From an uncultured Gemmatimonadales bacterium (lineage in GTDB: Bacteria; Gemmatimonadota; Gemmatimonadetes; Longimicrobiales; Gaopeijiaceae), in contig CAWGKG010000017.1 in assembly GCA_963823035.1 (NCBI GenBank), positions 128,001 through 192,000 of the forward strand: a DNA stretch of 64,000 nucleotides, given 5' to 3'. Below the pieces are notes generated by a model. The model was not told the DNA's origin. It searched no databases and worked only from the letters and a program-made list of their open reading frames with translations. Each line of letters opens with the position of its first letter. Within the stretch, counting starts at the first letter, position 1. Below, in pieces: positions 50,625 to 61,700 of the stretch. The translations under genes and the position numbers were made by a program.

Positions 50625-53600
50625 ATGAGGCTCTACCACGCGGTCGTTCCGTCCTTCCCCCACGCGGCGCCGCTGTCCATGGCATTCCTGGTGGCCCTCG
50701 GCACGGCCCTGGGCCCCCTGCCCGTCACCGCCCAGCTCGAGCCCGGGATGTTCGGGGACCTCTCGGCGCGGAACATCGGCCCGACGGGGATGAGCGGCCG
50801 GGTGGGCGCCATCGACGCGGTGGACGCGAACCCCGACATCCTCTACGTGGGTGCCGCGACGGGCGGGGTGTGGAAATCCGTGAACGGCGGGGTCACCTGG
50901 GCCCCCCTCACCGACTCGCTACCGGCGGCGTCCACCGGTGCCATCGCCATCCATCAGCCGAACCCGGACGTGGTGTGGATCGGTACCGGCGAGCGCAACC
51001 GGCGCAACTCCGCCGGCGTCGGCACGGGCGTCTACCGGACGTTGGACGGCGGGAAGACGTGGGCCCCCATGGGCCTCGCGGAGACGGGCGCCATCGACGC
51101 CATCCTCATCGACCCCCGTGACGCCGACGTGGTCTACGTGGGCGCCCTGGGCAACACGTGGAAGGACAGCGAAGACCGGGGCGTCTACAAGACCACCGAC
51201 GGCGGCAAGACGTGGAGGAAGATCCTGTACGTGAACCCGCGCACCGGCGCGGGCGACATGGTCATGGATCCCTCCAACCCCGACCACCTCATCGTGGGCA
51301 TGTGGGAGCACCGGCGCTGGCCCTGGTTCTTCAAGTCCGGAGGCCCGGGAAGCGGGGTCTACACGACGTACGACGGCGGCGAGACGTGGAAGCGGCTCGG
51401 CTCCGCGGAGGGCATCCCGGACGGCGAGCTCGGGCGGACGGGACTCGATTTCGCCCGCGGCGAGCCGGACGTGGTGTACGCGCTGGTCGAGGCGAAGAAG
51501 AGCGCGCTCCTGCGCTCCGACGACGGCGGGGACACGTGGGCCGTCGCCAACACGACGCGCAACATCGACGGTCGGCCGTTCTACTACGGGCAGGTGCGGG
51601 TGGACCCGACCAACGAGAACCACGTGTGGATCGTCGAGAGCCCGGTCAACGAGAGCACCGACGGCGGCAAGACCTTTCACACGCTGTTGGGATTCGATGA
51701 GGTGCACGTGGACCACCACGCCTTCTGGGTGAGCCCGAACGGCAAGGTGATCGCCGACGGCAACGACGGCGGCGTCTACATCTCCCGGGACGGCGGCGGC
51801 ACCTTCCGCTTCATCGAAAACCTGCCGTTCTCCCAGTTCTACCACATCGCGGTGGACATGGACACGCCCTACCACGTGTACGGCGGACTGCAGGACAACG
51901 GCTCCTTCGTGGGCCCCGCCGTGACCTGGCACGGCGGCGGCATCCGCATGTACGACTGGGAGGAGGTCGCGTTCGGCGACGGCATGGCGACGTTCCCGGA
52001 CCCGCGAGACCCTCGCTACGGATACGCGTCGACGCAGAACGGGGACATCCTGCGCTTCGACAAGGAGACGGGGGAGCGAAAAGTCATCAAGCCGGCGGCG
52101 CCGGATACGGCCACGGAGCTGCGTTTCAACTGGAACGCCGGCATGACCTTCGACCCCTTCGACGGCTCGATCTACCTCGGGAGCCAGTTCGTCCACAGGA
52201 GCACGGACGAGGGCAACTCGTGGACGACGATCAGCCCCGACCTGACCACCAACGACTCGACGCACCAGGGCTATCACCGTTCGGGTGGCCTCACGTACGA
52301 CGTGTCGGGCGCCGAGTTCTTCACCACCATCGTCCAGATCGCGCCCAGCCCCGTGAAGCAGGGCATCCTGTGGGTGGGCACCGACGACGGCAACGTCCAG
52401 CTCAGCCGGGACGCCGGAAGGACGTGGACCAACGTCGGCACGGCGATCGAGGGGGTGCCGGCCGGCACATGGGTGCCCCACATCGAGCCGTCGAAGTTCG
52501 ACAGCGCGACCGCCTTCGTCGTCTTCGACGACCACCGGCGCGGCAACAACCAGCCCTACGCGTTCAAGACCACGGACTTCGGGAGGAGTTGGACGAGCCT
52601 GGTGACGCCGGACGTCCAGTACTTCCTGCACACCATCGCCCAGGATCCCGCCAGCCCGAACCTGCTGTACCTGGGCTCGGAGTTCGGGATGTACGTCTCG
52701 TTCGACGGGGGCCGGAGCTGGATGCGCTGGCACGACCTGCCCCGGGTGCCCGTGCGCTCGATCGTGGTGCACCCCCGGGAAAGGGACCTCGTGGTCGGCA
52801 CCCATGGCCGCGGCGCCTGGATCCTCGACGATGTGCGTCCCCTGGAGGCGCTCGCGTCCGACCCGAGCATCACGGAGCGGCCGCTCCACCTCTTCCCGAT
52901 CCCGCCGACGGTGGCGTACCGGGAGGGGCCTGTCCGAGGCCCACGGTTCACCGGCTTCGCGATGTTCCTGGGGAAGAACCGACCCTACGGCGCCCTCCTC
53001 ACGTACTGGGTGGGCTCAGGCGCCGCCGACACGACGGCCGCCGCCGACACCGTGGCGTCGATCTCCGTGCTCGAGGGCGACAGCGTCATCCGCACCTTCC
53101 ACGGCCCGGCGAAGTCCGGGCTCAACCGGACCGCGTGGGACCTGTCGATGGACGGCTTCCGCTCACCACGCGCGGCCGGCGAGAAGGACGCGGACGTGTT
53201 ACCGCCCGGACCCACGGTCCTGCCAGGGACGTACACGGTGCGCATCGCGCTGGCGGAGGACACCGTGACGGGCAGCGTCACCGTGGCCGAAGACCCGCGC
53301 ATCGTGGTGAGCGCCGCGGACCGGCGCGCCAACCTCGCGGCGATCCTGCGTGCGGGGCAGCGCCAGAACGTGGCCACCGAAGCGGTGAACCGCCTCCGTG
53401 ACGCGAAGGAGTCAGTGGACGAAGTGGACAAGGCGCTCGCGAACCGGGAGGACGACACCTCGAAGGCCCTGCGCGCCGCCGGAGACAGTCTGAAGGAGGA
53501 GCTCACGGCCGTCGAGGCGCTCTTCACGGGCGACGAGGACGTCCAGGGCTTCGCCGACGCACCCAACGCGGTGCTGGGCAGGATCGGCGGCGTCATGTAC

Positions 53601-53813
53601 GCGCTCACGTCCTCGTGGGACGCGCCCACCCGGGATGCGGATATGCTCCTCCGCCAGGCCGACCAGCTGCTCCAGTCGGCGCTGGCTCGCTTCAACGGCG
53701 TGGTGAGCGACGACCTCGCGGCCTATCGGCGCCGCGTCGAGGCAGCCGACGTGCAGATCCTCACGGCTCCGGGGTCGCTGAGCATGGAGTGGAGGCCGGG
53801 AGGTTCCTCGTGA
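50625..53813 (+). CDS. Exported VPS10/BNR-repeat beta-propeller (sortilin-like) putative glycosyl hydrolase
   Basis: RNIGPTGMSGRV, many (S/T)xDGGxTW boxes, HVDHHAFW, GGLQDNG, RFNWN, GTHGRG and a C-terminal coiled coil. RBS AGGAGG. Confidence 0.85.
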   Translation: MRLYHAVVPSFPHAAPLSMAFLVALGTALGPLPVTAQLEPGMFGDLSARNIGPTGMSGRVGAIDAVDANPDILYVGAATGGVWKSVNGGVTWAPLTDSLPAASTGAIAIHQPNPDVVWIGTGERNRRNSAGVGTGVYRTLDGGKTWAPMGLAETGAIDAILIDPRDADVVYVGALGNTWKDSEDRGVYKTTDGGKTWRKILYVNPRTGAGDMVMDPSNPDHLIVGMWEHRRWPWFFKSGGPGSGVYTTYDGGETWKRLGSAEGIPDGELGRTGLDFARGEPDVVYALVEAKKSALLRSDDGGDTWAVANTTRNIDGRPFYYGQVRVDPTNENHVWIVESPVNESTDGGKTFHTLLGFDEVHVDHHAFWVSPNGKVIADGNDGGVYISRDGGGTFRFIENLPFSQFYHIAVDMDTPYHVYGGLQDNGSFVGPAVTWHGGGIRMYDWEEVAFGDGMATFPDPRDPRYGYASTQNGDILRFDKETGERKVIKPAAPDTATELRFNWNAGMTFDPFDGSIYLGSQFVHRSTDEGNSWTTISPDLTTNDSTHQGYHRSGGLTYDVSGAEFFTTIVQIAPSPVKQGILWVGTDDGNVQLSRDAGRTWTNVGTAIEGVPAGTWVPHIEPSKFDSATAFVVFDDHRRGNNQPYAFKTTDFGRSWTSLVTPDVQYFLHTIAQDPASPNLLYLGSEFGMYVSFDGGRSWMRWHDLPRVPVRSIVVHPRERDLVVGTHGRGAWILDDVRPLEALASDPSITERPLHLFPIPPTVAYREGPVRGPRFTGFAMFLGKNRPYGALLTYWVGSGAADTTAAADTVASISVLEGDSVIRTFHGPAKSGLNRTAWDLSMDGFRSPRAAGEKDADVLPPGPTVLPGTYTVRIALAEDTVTGSVTVAEDPRIVVSAADRRANLAAILRAGQRQNVATEAVNRLRDAKESVDEVDKALANREDDTSKALRAAGDSLKEELTAVEALFTGDEDVQGFADAPNAVLGRIGGVMYALTSSWDAPTRDADMLLRQADQLLQSALARFNGVVSDDLAAYRRRVEAADVQILTAPGSLSMEWRPGGSS

Positions 53814-55216
53814 GCACGTCCAGGCGGCACACCCGCCCGCGACCGCCGCGCGGCGACCCGGCGTCGGGGCGTCTCGTTCCGTTGGTGACGGTGAGCCTGG
53901 CCGCTCTCCTCTGCCTCCTTCCCGCCATCGCGTGCAACGACGCGGACGAGGGTCGCCCGGACGCCGACCTCGCGGCGTACGTCGACACCGTGTGGGCCGT
54001 GGACGTCCACGCGCATCCGATGGCGTACGTCGCGCCGGGAGAGCCGGCCGACACGGACTTCGACGCCCTGCCGTTGGACGGGATCCCCGCGTTCGACGTG
54101 CCGGTCGGCCTGCGGGCGGACAACCCCTCGTACCGAGCAGCGCAGGTGGCCCTGTACGCCACCAGCCCCCGCGATACCGGCGCCGCGTACGCCGACACCT
54201 TGCACCGTGCGCGCGCCGCCGCCTTCGCCGCCCACGGCGAGGACTTCCCCACGTGGGCTCTCGACCGGGCGCACATCCAGATGATGCTCGCCAACCGCAT
54301 CGCCATGGGCGGCGGGCTCCCGGCGGAGCGCTTCGCGTGGGTGCCCTTCGGGGACGCGCTCATGCTCCCGCTGGACACGAGGGGGGAGGCGGAGCGCACC
54401 GCGGACACCGAGGCGCTCTATCCACTGGAGTCCAGGCTCCTGGCGCGCTCCCTGCGGGACCTGGGCCTGCAGCGCATTCCAGGCACCCTGGCCGCCTACG
54501 AGCGAGACGTGGTGGCGCCTATCCTACGGTACCAGAGGGAAGCCGGCGCCGTGGGCCTCAAGTTCGAGGCGGCATACCTGCGTTCCCTGGACTTCGGCGC
54601 CGCCGACCCGCGGGACGCTGCGGCCATCTACGCCCGCTACGCGGGCGGCGGCACCCCCACGCACGAGGAATACAAGACGCTAGAGGATCACCTCTTCCGC
54701 GTCATCGCGCGTGAGGCCGGCGCGGTCGGGCTCACCATCCAGATCCACGCCACCGAAGGGTTCGGCAGCTACTACTCGGCGCGCGGGAGCTCGCCCCTGC
54801 TCCTGGAGAGCGTCTTCGACGACCCGGCCCTGCGTGGCACCACGTTCGTCATCACCCACGGCGGTTGGCCGCGCGTGCGCGAGACGTTGACGCTCCTGGG
54901 CAGGCCGAACGTCTATGCGGACATCTCGATGATGGATCTGCTGGCCGAGCCCGGGGCGCTGGCGGATGCTCTGCGCCTCTGGCTGGGCGAGTGGCCGGAA
55001 AAGGTGCTCTTCGGGACCGACGCCTTCGACGGCGGCGACGCTGAGGGGTGGGAGCAGGTGGCCTGGGTGGCGTCGCGCAACGCGCGCAGGGCGCTCACCG
55101 TTGCCCTGGACGGTATGGTGCGCGACGGCGCGATCGGTCCGCAGCGCGCCCGTGACATCGCGCGGATGGTGCTGCGGGACAACGCGGTGAAGGCGTATCG
55201 GCTGACGCTGCGTTGA
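53810..55216 (+). CDS. Amidohydrolase superfamily metal-dependent hydrolase, possible lipoprotein
   Basis: DVHAH, GLKFEAAY, IQIH, ITHGG, YADIS and LFGTD. GTGA overlap with the upstream gene. Confidence 0.82.
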   Translation: MSTSRRHTRPRPPRGDPASGRLVPLVTVSLAALLCLLPAIACNDADEGRPDADLAAYVDTVWAVDVHAHPMAYVAPGEPADTDFDALPLDGIPAFDVPVGLRADNPSYRAAQVALYATSPRDTGAAYADTLHRARAAAFAAHGEDFPTWALDRAHIQMMLANRIAMGGGLPAERFAWVPFGDALMLPLDTRGEAERTADTEALYPLESRLLARSLRDLGLQRIPGTLAAYERDVVAPILRYQREAGAVGLKFEAAYLRSLDFGAADPRDAAAIYARYAGGGTPTHEEYKTLEDHLFRVIAREAGAVGLTIQIHATEGFGSYYSARGSSPLLLESVFDDPALRGTTFVITHGGWPRVRETLTLLGRPNVYADISMMDLLAEPGALADALRLWLGEWPEKVLFGTDAFDGGDAEGWEQVAWVASRNARRALTVALDGMVRDGAIGPQRARDIARMVLRDNAVKAYRLTLR

Positions 55217-55250
55217 CGGGACGCGGAAGGACGCGGAGGTCCGCCGCCGC

Positions 55251-57809
55251 CTATCGCGTCAGGGCGCCTCTCAGACTCCCGGAGACCAGGGCGGAAATGC
55301 CGGCCAGCACGCGAGGAAGCGCGGTGCCTCCGGGACTCGCCAGGTATCGGGGCTCCCACGCGGGGTCGAACTTGTCCTTGAAGGCGCGCAGCCCCTGGAA
55401 GTTGTAGAAGTGCTCCCCGTACCGGTACACGGCGGCACCCAACTTCGCCCACAGGGGCGAGAGCGGGCCACCCTCCAGGCCTGCCAGGGGCGCCATGCCC
55501 AGACCGAAGCGGGTGAACGCCTGCCCCTGGCCCCAGAGGATGAGCTTGAGGAAGAGGTACTCCATGCAGTCGGTGGGTGCCCGCTCAGGGTCGTACCTCA
55601 TGAGGTCGACGGAGTACTCGGTGCCCGGGGCGGCGAGCCAGAGGTTGGCGAACGCCACGATCTGCCCTTCCACCCGCACGACCGCCATGGGGAACCGGCC
55701 GATGTACGCCTCGCTGAAGGCCCCGAGGGAGAAGGCCTTCTCCTTCGTGCTCTTGGCTGCCAGCCACGCATCGGAGACCTCCCGCAACCGTTGTAGCTCC
55801 GGGACGACCGCCTCCCTGGGGAGGAGCTCGAAGACCCCGCCGTCCTTCTCGGTCTTCCGGAGCGTCCGGCGCATGCCGGAGCGGTGGCCGCCCTCCATGG
55901 AGAACGTCTGCGGCCTCACCACCGCCTCCTCGCCCAGCTTGATGAGGGTGAGCCCGGCGTCCACGTAGAGGGGCAGGAACTCGGGACGAACCTGATAGAA
56001 CGCCGGCCAACCGCCGTGGACGTGCACCCGGTTCCGGAAGCTCCACACCAGCTCCGGGAAGTCCTCGGGGTCGCCCACCGGGTCCCCCATGGACACCCAG
56101 CTCCTCCCCTCCACGCCATACATGATGAAGGCGTTCCCCGATGCGGAGACCAGAAAGGACTTGTCCCCCAGGAAGGCCAGGGAGGCGTGGGCCCGGTCGG
56201 CGCGCGGGACCAGCGCCGCAACGGCCTCCGGCACCTCCGAGCCGGGCTCGGCCTCCTCCGGCTCGGCGGGGCGGAGAAGCCGGGCGCCGGCGAAAGCCAG
56301 CAGCACCGTCGCCGCGCCCACGGAACTGCGCAGGAAGCGGGACGCGTCTCCGTGGAGGGCGAACTGCCACCACAGGTCCCCGCTATAGGCAACCTCCTTG
56401 AAAGCGAAGAAGCCCAACCACGCCGTGGCCAGCAGCACCGCCACCACGCCGAACACCCACTCGGGTGACAAGGGCTCGGCCAGGAGCGCCGAGCGGCGGA
56501 AGAACTCGCGGCGCGTCGGTGCCAGGGCGATGAGCACCATGAGCGCGATCATGGCGGTGACAAGACCTCCGCCGCGGAAGGCCGAGAGGACCGCGCCCGC
56601 GCCCAGGAGAGCCAGCGCGGCATGGAAGGCACCGTCCAGGCGGCGGGCGAGCCCCCACGCGAGAATGAGGAGGCACGCCCCCACGACACTGCCGAGGAAG
56701 TGGGATGCCTCCAGGAGCCCCAGAGGAAGAAGGTCCCCGAAGGATCCGAGGTGACCCTGAAGCGGCAACGCGCCCTCCGCCAGCATCCCGGCGCCCGCCA
56801 CGAACACCGCCCCCGCGGCCACCAGCGGAACCGAGGAGGAGACCCCCGTCCCCAGCAGGGCCATCACCCGGGTCAGGTGCTCCTGCCGTCGGCGGAACTC
56901 GAACACCCCCAGGGTCGCCGCGGCCAGCACCAGCGGGAGGAGGTAGTAGATCGCCCGGAACGCGAGGAGCGAGGTGACGAAGGAGCTGTCCCCGGCGTGC
57001 TCCCGCAGGGCCACCAGGAGAACGACCTCGAAGACGCCCAGCCCACCCGGGACGTGGCTCACCAGACCCACGATCTGGGCCAGGAGGTAGGCAGCCAGGA
57101 ACGTCGGGAACGAGAGTCCCGTGCCCGCCGGGAGGAGGACGTACAGCGCTGCCGCCGAAGCCGCCCAGTCCACCGCCGACACCAGGATCTGCTGGAGGCC
57201 CATGCCGACGCTGGGCTTGGGCAGGGACCACCCGCGAAAGCGGATCGCGCTCCCACCCCACCGGCACCAGACCAGGTACCCGAGGGTGACCAACACGAGA
57301 AGGACGCCAAGGGGTCTGGCGGATCCTCCCAGGAACGACAATGCGGCGGGAAGGGGCGGTGGATCCACCGCGAAGGCGGCGCCCGCCAGGGCCAGGAAGC
57401 CGACCCAGAACGTGGTCGAGGAGAACGCGATGATGCGCGCGATGTCCGGCGCCTCCACGCCCCAGGCCGAATACAGGCGAAAGCGCACCGACGCTCCGGT
57501 CAGGAGGCTGAAGCCCAGCGACTGGCTGAACGCATGGCCGATGAAGGAAGCGAGCGCCAACCGGCGGTACGGCAGGTCGGCCTTCACATACCGGGCGGCG
57601 AGCCAGTCGTATCCCGTGAGGGTGAGGAAGCTGGCCGCCGTGAAGGCGACAGCCCCGAGGATCTGGCCCGTAGGGAGTGCCCGGAGTCCCGCCAGGATCT
57701 CCGCCACCGAGTACGTCCGCAGCTCCCGGTGGAGGAGCGCGAGGGCCACGACGAGGACCGCTGCCCCCAGGATCAGCGGGAGCCAACGTCGGCTGGCCTG
57801 TCGATCCAT
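55251..57809 (-). CDS. mprF: Bifunctional aminoacyl-phosphatidylglycerol flippase/synthase MprF
   Basis: About 14 TM N-domain (SHVPGGLGVFE, FRAIYYLLP) and synthase domain (GDPVG, KLGEEA, KEKAFSLG, DLMRY, LGMAPL, FYNFQGLRAFKDKF.P.WEPRYL). Confidence 0.95.
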   Translation of the reverse strand: MDRQASRRWLPLILGAAVLVVALALLHRELRTYSVAEILAGLRALPTGQILGAVAFTAASFLTLTGYDWLAARYVKADLPYRRLALASFIGHAFSQSLGFSLLTGASVRFRLYSAWGVEAPDIARIIAFSSTTFWVGFLALAGAAFAVDPPPLPAALSFLGGSARPLGVLLVLVTLGYLVWCRWGGSAIRFRGWSLPKPSVGMGLQQILVSAVDWAASAAALYVLLPAGTGLSFPTFLAAYLLAQIVGLVSHVPGGLGVFEVVLLVALREHAGDSSFVTSLLAFRAIYYLLPLVLAAATLGVFEFRRRQEHLTRVMALLGTGVSSSVPLVAAGAVFVAGAGMLAEGALPLQGHLGSFGDLLPLGLLEASHFLGSVVGACLLILAWGLARRLDGAFHAALALLGAGAVLSAFRGGGLVTAMIALMVLIALAPTRREFFRRSALLAEPLSPEWVFGVVAVLLATAWLGFFAFKEVAYSGDLWWQFALHGDASRFLRSSVGAATVLLAFAGARLLRPAEPEEAEPGSEVPEAVAALVPRADRAHASLAFLGDKSFLVSASGNAFIMYGVEGRSWVSMGDPVGDPEDFPELVWSFRNRVHVHGGWPAFYQVRPEFLPLYVDAGLTLIKLGEEAVVRPQTFSMEGGHRSGMRRTLRKTEKDGGVFELLPREAVVPELQRLREVSDAWLAAKSTKEKAFSLGAFSEAYIGRFPMAVVRVEGQIVAFANLWLAAPGTEYSVDLMRYDPERAPTDCMEYLFLKLILWGQGQAFTRFGLGMAPLAGLEGGPLSPLWAKLGAAVYRYGEHFYNFQGLRAFKDKFDPAWEPRYLASPGGTALPRVLAGISALVSGSLRGALTR

Positions 57810-57985
57810 GGAAGTAGCCCGGTGGAAAGGAAAGGAGGCCCGACGTCAGCCTGAAGCTACCGATCTACCGGGTCGCAGCAAGCGACACGGAGCCTCCGGC
57901 GATTTGCCGTGTATAGCCTGCCCGCCGGACGTGCGGTGGCACGCCTCGACGACACCCTCACGACCCTCCCTGGCCTTCCTCCCTT

Positions 57986-58724
57986 GGTGCTTCGACGCTT
58001 CGTTTCGCGCGTGTGCCCACTTCTCCTTCTCGTGGGCACGGCAGCGTGCTTCCCCCTCCACGCCCAGCGGCAGCCGCCGGCGGAGGAGGTGAGAGACCTG
58101 CCCCTGCGCATCCTACCGGCCGCGACTCCCGGCCCGGTCCTGGCTCTCGTGATGAGCGGGGACGGCAACTGGGCCAGCTTCATCTCGGACATGGCAGACG
58201 CCTTGGTCGCTCGGGGCGTTCCCGTCGTGGGCCTCGAATCCCGCGCGTACCTGTCGCGGGCCCGCACACCCGAGGAGCTGGCGGCGGACATGTCGCGGGC
58301 CCTCCGGACCTATCTGCGCCTCTGGGGAGCGCGGCAGATCCTCATCGTGGGGTACTCCCGGGGCGCGGACTTCGCGCCCTTCCTGGTGAACCGGCTCGCG
58401 CCCGACCTCAGGGCCCGGGTGGTGGGCGTCGGCCTCTTCAGTCCCTCGAAGATGGCGAACTTCGAGTTCCACTACACCGATCTGGTGCGGTACACACATC
58501 GGGACTCGGACCTGGACGCCGTCCCCGAGGTCGAGGCGCTGGCGCCCCTTCCGGTGCTTTGCGTCTACGGAGAGGACGACAAGGACACGCTGTGCCCGCT
58601 CCTGCCTCAGGGGATGGCCACGGTGGTCCCCAGGGACGCTGGCCACCGCCTTCATGACCCCGCCGGGTTGGCCGCGATCCTGCTGGAACACACGTTGGGC
58701 GAGGGGCCGGGCAGCGAAGGCTGA
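57986..58724 (+). CDS. acvB: AcvB/VirJ family aminoacyl-phosphatidylglycerol hydrolase (single domain)
   Basis: SGDGNW, VPVVG, RTPEE, nucleophile elbow GYSRG and VLCVYG. Signal peptide. Divergent from mprF. Start uncertain. Confidence 0.82.
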
Positions 58725-58839
58725 CCGGAAGCGTCAGGTGCGGCCCGTTTCCCGCCCACGGCGGCGCTTGTATCTTGACCCCCCGCACCGGCGACGGGCG
58801 GCGATCCTCCCGATCATGAGTTGCATGATGACATCCCGA

Positions 58840-59520
58840 ATGTCCCGCCCCGGCATCGTGGCGCTCTCGGCGCTCGTCATGGTGGCGTGCGCCGGGACTC
58901 CCTCCGCTTCACCGCCCACTCCGCAGAACGCGATGGCCGGAGGTCACTCCGACGCGGAGATCGAAGCGCTCTACCGCGCCCGCACCGACAGCTCGCGGAT
59001 GCGCTTCACGCAGGCCGACACCCACTTCATGACCATGATGATCGGCCACCACGCCCAGGCGCTGATCATGTCCGAGATGGCCCCGAGCCACGGCGCGAGC
59101 CCGGGCGTGCTGCGACTCACGTCCCGGATCATCAACGCCCAGAAGGACGAGATCGCCACCATGCAGCGTTGGCTCCGCGACCGCGGCCAGCACGTGCCGG
59201 AGGTGCACCTCGAGGGACTGAAGGTCCTGGTCGACGACAACCCACGTCCCGTGTACATGCACGGCATGCTGAACGACGAGGAGATGCGCACGCTGGACGC
59301 GTCGCGCGGAACCGAGTTCGACCGGCTGTTCCTGACGGGAATGATCAAGCACCACAGCGGCGCGGTCGACATGGTGCACGACCTCTTCGCGACGGACGGT
59401 GCCGCGCAGGACGAACTGGCCTTCAAGCTCGCGAACGACATCCAGGTCGATCAGACGACCGAGATCGAGCGCATGAAGCGCATGCTCGCCGCCCTGGAGG
59501 CACGGGACCGTGAGCCGTAG
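58840..59520 (+). CDS. DUF305 ferritin-like lipoprotein
   Basis: Lipobox MVAC, ADTHFMTMMIGHHAQA, AQKDEI, FDRLFLTGMIKHHSGA and DQTTEIERM. Confidence 0.88.
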   Translation: MSRPGIVALSALVMVACAGTPSASPPTPQNAMAGGHSDAEIEALYRARTDSSRMRFTQADTHFMTMMIGHHAQALIMSEMAPSHGASPGVLRLTSRIINAQKDEIATMQRWLRDRGQHVPEVHLEGLKVLVDDNPRPVYMHGMLNDEEMRTLDASRGTEFDRLFLTGMIKHHSGAVDMVHDLFATDGAAQDELAFKLANDIQVDQTTEIERMKRMLAALEARDREP

Positions 59521-59572
59521 GCAGCCCGATACGAATGAACCAGCGAAGCAGACGCCCAATGAAGGAGTGCCC

Positions 59573-61624
59573 ATGAGATCCGGAGCCGCGCCCCGTCGTC
59601 CCCGCTTGCGCCCTGTCGTCACGCGCCTCGGGTCCCTGATCGTGATCGCGGGATCCGTGGTCGCGACCGCCTGCGCCTCGTCGGGCGCCACCCAGGGGGC
59701 CGCGTCGATGGGCGCGTCCTCCGTGAACGTCCCACCGTCGAACGTGGCCCCGATCGCGACCGCCACGCCCCCCAGCCCCGACCCGCGCGTCGGCCTGCGC
59801 GCCGGGCTGCTGGACGCGGGCGAAGCGGCGTGGAACCTGCGCGTGGTCTCGGCGACGCCGCCCGCCCAGGACTTCGTCGGGATGACCAACTCCGACCTCG
59901 CCTTCTCGGGCAGATACGCCATCCAGGGCAACTACAACGGCTACCAGGTCTGGGACATCTCCAACCCGGCCAGCCCGACGCTCGCCGAGGGGTTCGTCTG
60001 CCCCGCGTCCCAGAGCGACGTCTCGGTCTACAAGAACCTGCTCTTCGTCTCCGGCGAGGGCCTGGGTGGCCGCCTCGACTGCAGCGCGGAGGGTGTGAAG
60101 CAGCAGGTCAGCGAGGAGCGGCTGCGGGGCATCCGCATCTTCGACATCTCCGACATCCACAACCCGAAGTACATCGCGAACGTGCAGACCTGCCGGGGCT
60201 CGCACACCCACTCCGTCCTGGTGGACCCGGCGGACAAGGAGAACATCTACGTCTACGTCTCCGGCTCGGCACCGGTCCGCCCTTCCGCGGAGCTCCCTGG
60301 CTGCTCGGGCGCCACGCCGGACGAGGACCCGAACTCGGCGCTCTTCCGCATCGAGGTGATCCGGGTGCCGCTGGCCCACCCCGAGCAGGCCGCCATCGTG
60401 AGCTCGCCGCGCATCTTCAACGACCTGGTCGCACCGCCGACGCACGGCATGTCCGTGGCGGACCAGCAGGCCATCGCGGAGGCGCGGGCGCGCGGCGCGT
60501 TCGTCGTGGACGTCATGGGCGAGTCCTTCGTGCTGCCCTCGCAGATGACGGTGCCCATGCTGGACAGCATCGTGAAGGCGCGCGGCGGGACGGGTGCGCC
60601 GACCGCGGCGGACAGCACCACGCTCCGTGAGGCCCTCCCGGACATGATCGCCCGCATGATCGGCAACCGGGACGAGGAAAAGCCCGGCCCGAAGCCGGGG
60701 CCCACCCAGTGCCACGACATCACGCTCGCCCCGGCGCTCGGCATGGCGGGCGGCGCGTGCGAGGGCTACGGCATGCTCCTCGACATCCGCGATCCGATCC
60801 ACCCGAAGCGACTGGCCGCCGTGGCCGACTCGAACTTCTCCTACTGGCACTCCGCCACGTTCAGCAACGACGGCAGCAAGATCCTGTTCAGCGACGAGTG
60901 GGGTGGCGGCGGGCAGCCGAAGTGCCGCGCGACGGACCCGAAGCAATGGGGTGCGGACGCCATCTTCACCATCGAAGGCGGCAAGCTCCACTTCCAGAGC
61001 TACTACAAGCTGCCGGCGGCGCAGACCCCCGAGGAGAACTGCGTGGCGCACAACGGCTCCCTGATCCCGATCCCCGGACGCGACGTGATGGTCCAGTCGT
61101 GGTACCAGGGTGGGATCTCGGTCTTCGACTGGACGGACCCGTCCAACCCGAGGGAGATCGCCTTCTTCGACCGCGGTCCGGTCAACGCCGATCACATGGC
61201 CATGGGTGGCTCGTGGTCGGCGTACTGGTACAACGGCGTGATCGTCAGCTCGGAGATCGCGCGCGGGCTCGACGTCTTCGAGCTCACGCCGAGTCCCTTC
61301 CTCACCCAGAACGAGCTGGACGCGGCGAAGTCCGTGAAGCTCGACTACTTGAACACGCAGGGTCAGCCGCAGTTCGAGTGGCCGGCGACCTTCGCGCTCG
61401 CCCGGGCGTACGTCGATCAGCTCGAGCGCTCGCGAGGCCTGTCCGCCGAGCGCATCGCCGGGGTTCGCGCGGGCCTCGCCGGAGCCGAGACGGCGTCCGG
61501 CGGCTCCCGTCGAAACGCGCTCAACGAGCTGGCCTCGACGCTGGACGGGGCCGCGGGTGGCTCCTCGGACGCGGCCAAGGTGCGGGCGCTCGCGGGAGCG
61601 GTGCGAAGCCTGGCGGGGATGTAG
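59573..61624 (+). CDS. LVIVD-repeat beta-propeller lipoprotein
   Basis: Lipobox ATAC, NSDLAF, IRIFDISD, CRGSHTH, CHDIT, YWHSATF, ENCVAHNGS and WYQGG. Follows DUF305. Confidence 0.82.
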   Translation: MRSGAAPRRPRLRPVVTRLGSLIVIAGSVVATACASSGATQGAASMGASSVNVPPSNVAPIATATPPSPDPRVGLRAGLLDAGEAAWNLRVVSATPPAQDFVGMTNSDLAFSGRYAIQGNYNGYQVWDISNPASPTLAEGFVCPASQSDVSVYKNLLFVSGEGLGGRLDCSAEGVKQQVSEERLRGIRIFDISDIHNPKYIANVQTCRGSHTHSVLVDPADKENIYVYVSGSAPVRPSAELPGCSGATPDEDPNSALFRIEVIRVPLAHPEQAAIVSSPRIFNDLVAPPTHGMSVADQQAIAEARARGAFVVDVMGESFVLPSQMTVPMLDSIVKARGGTGAPTAADSTTLREALPDMIARMIGNRDEEKPGPKPGPTQCHDITLAPALGMAGGACEGYGMLLDIRDPIHPKRLAAVADSNFSYWHSATFSNDGSKILFSDEWGGGGQPKCRATDPKQWGADAIFTIEGGKLHFQSYYKLPAAQTPEENCVAHNGSLIPIPGRDVMVQSWYQGGISVFDWTDPSNPREIAFFDRGPVNADHMAMGGSWSAYWYNGVIVSSEIARGLDVFELTPSPFLTQNELDAAKSVKLDYLNTQGQPQFEWPATFALARAYVDQLERSRGLSAERIAGVRAGLAGAETASGGSRRNALNELASTLDGAAGGSSDAAKVRALAGAVRSLAGM

Positions 61625-61700
61625 GAGCCGGCCAGCATCGCCGACAGCGGCTCGACGCCGCGTGTGGGCACGAGCGCGAGGCTGTGGGGGACCAGCTCCC

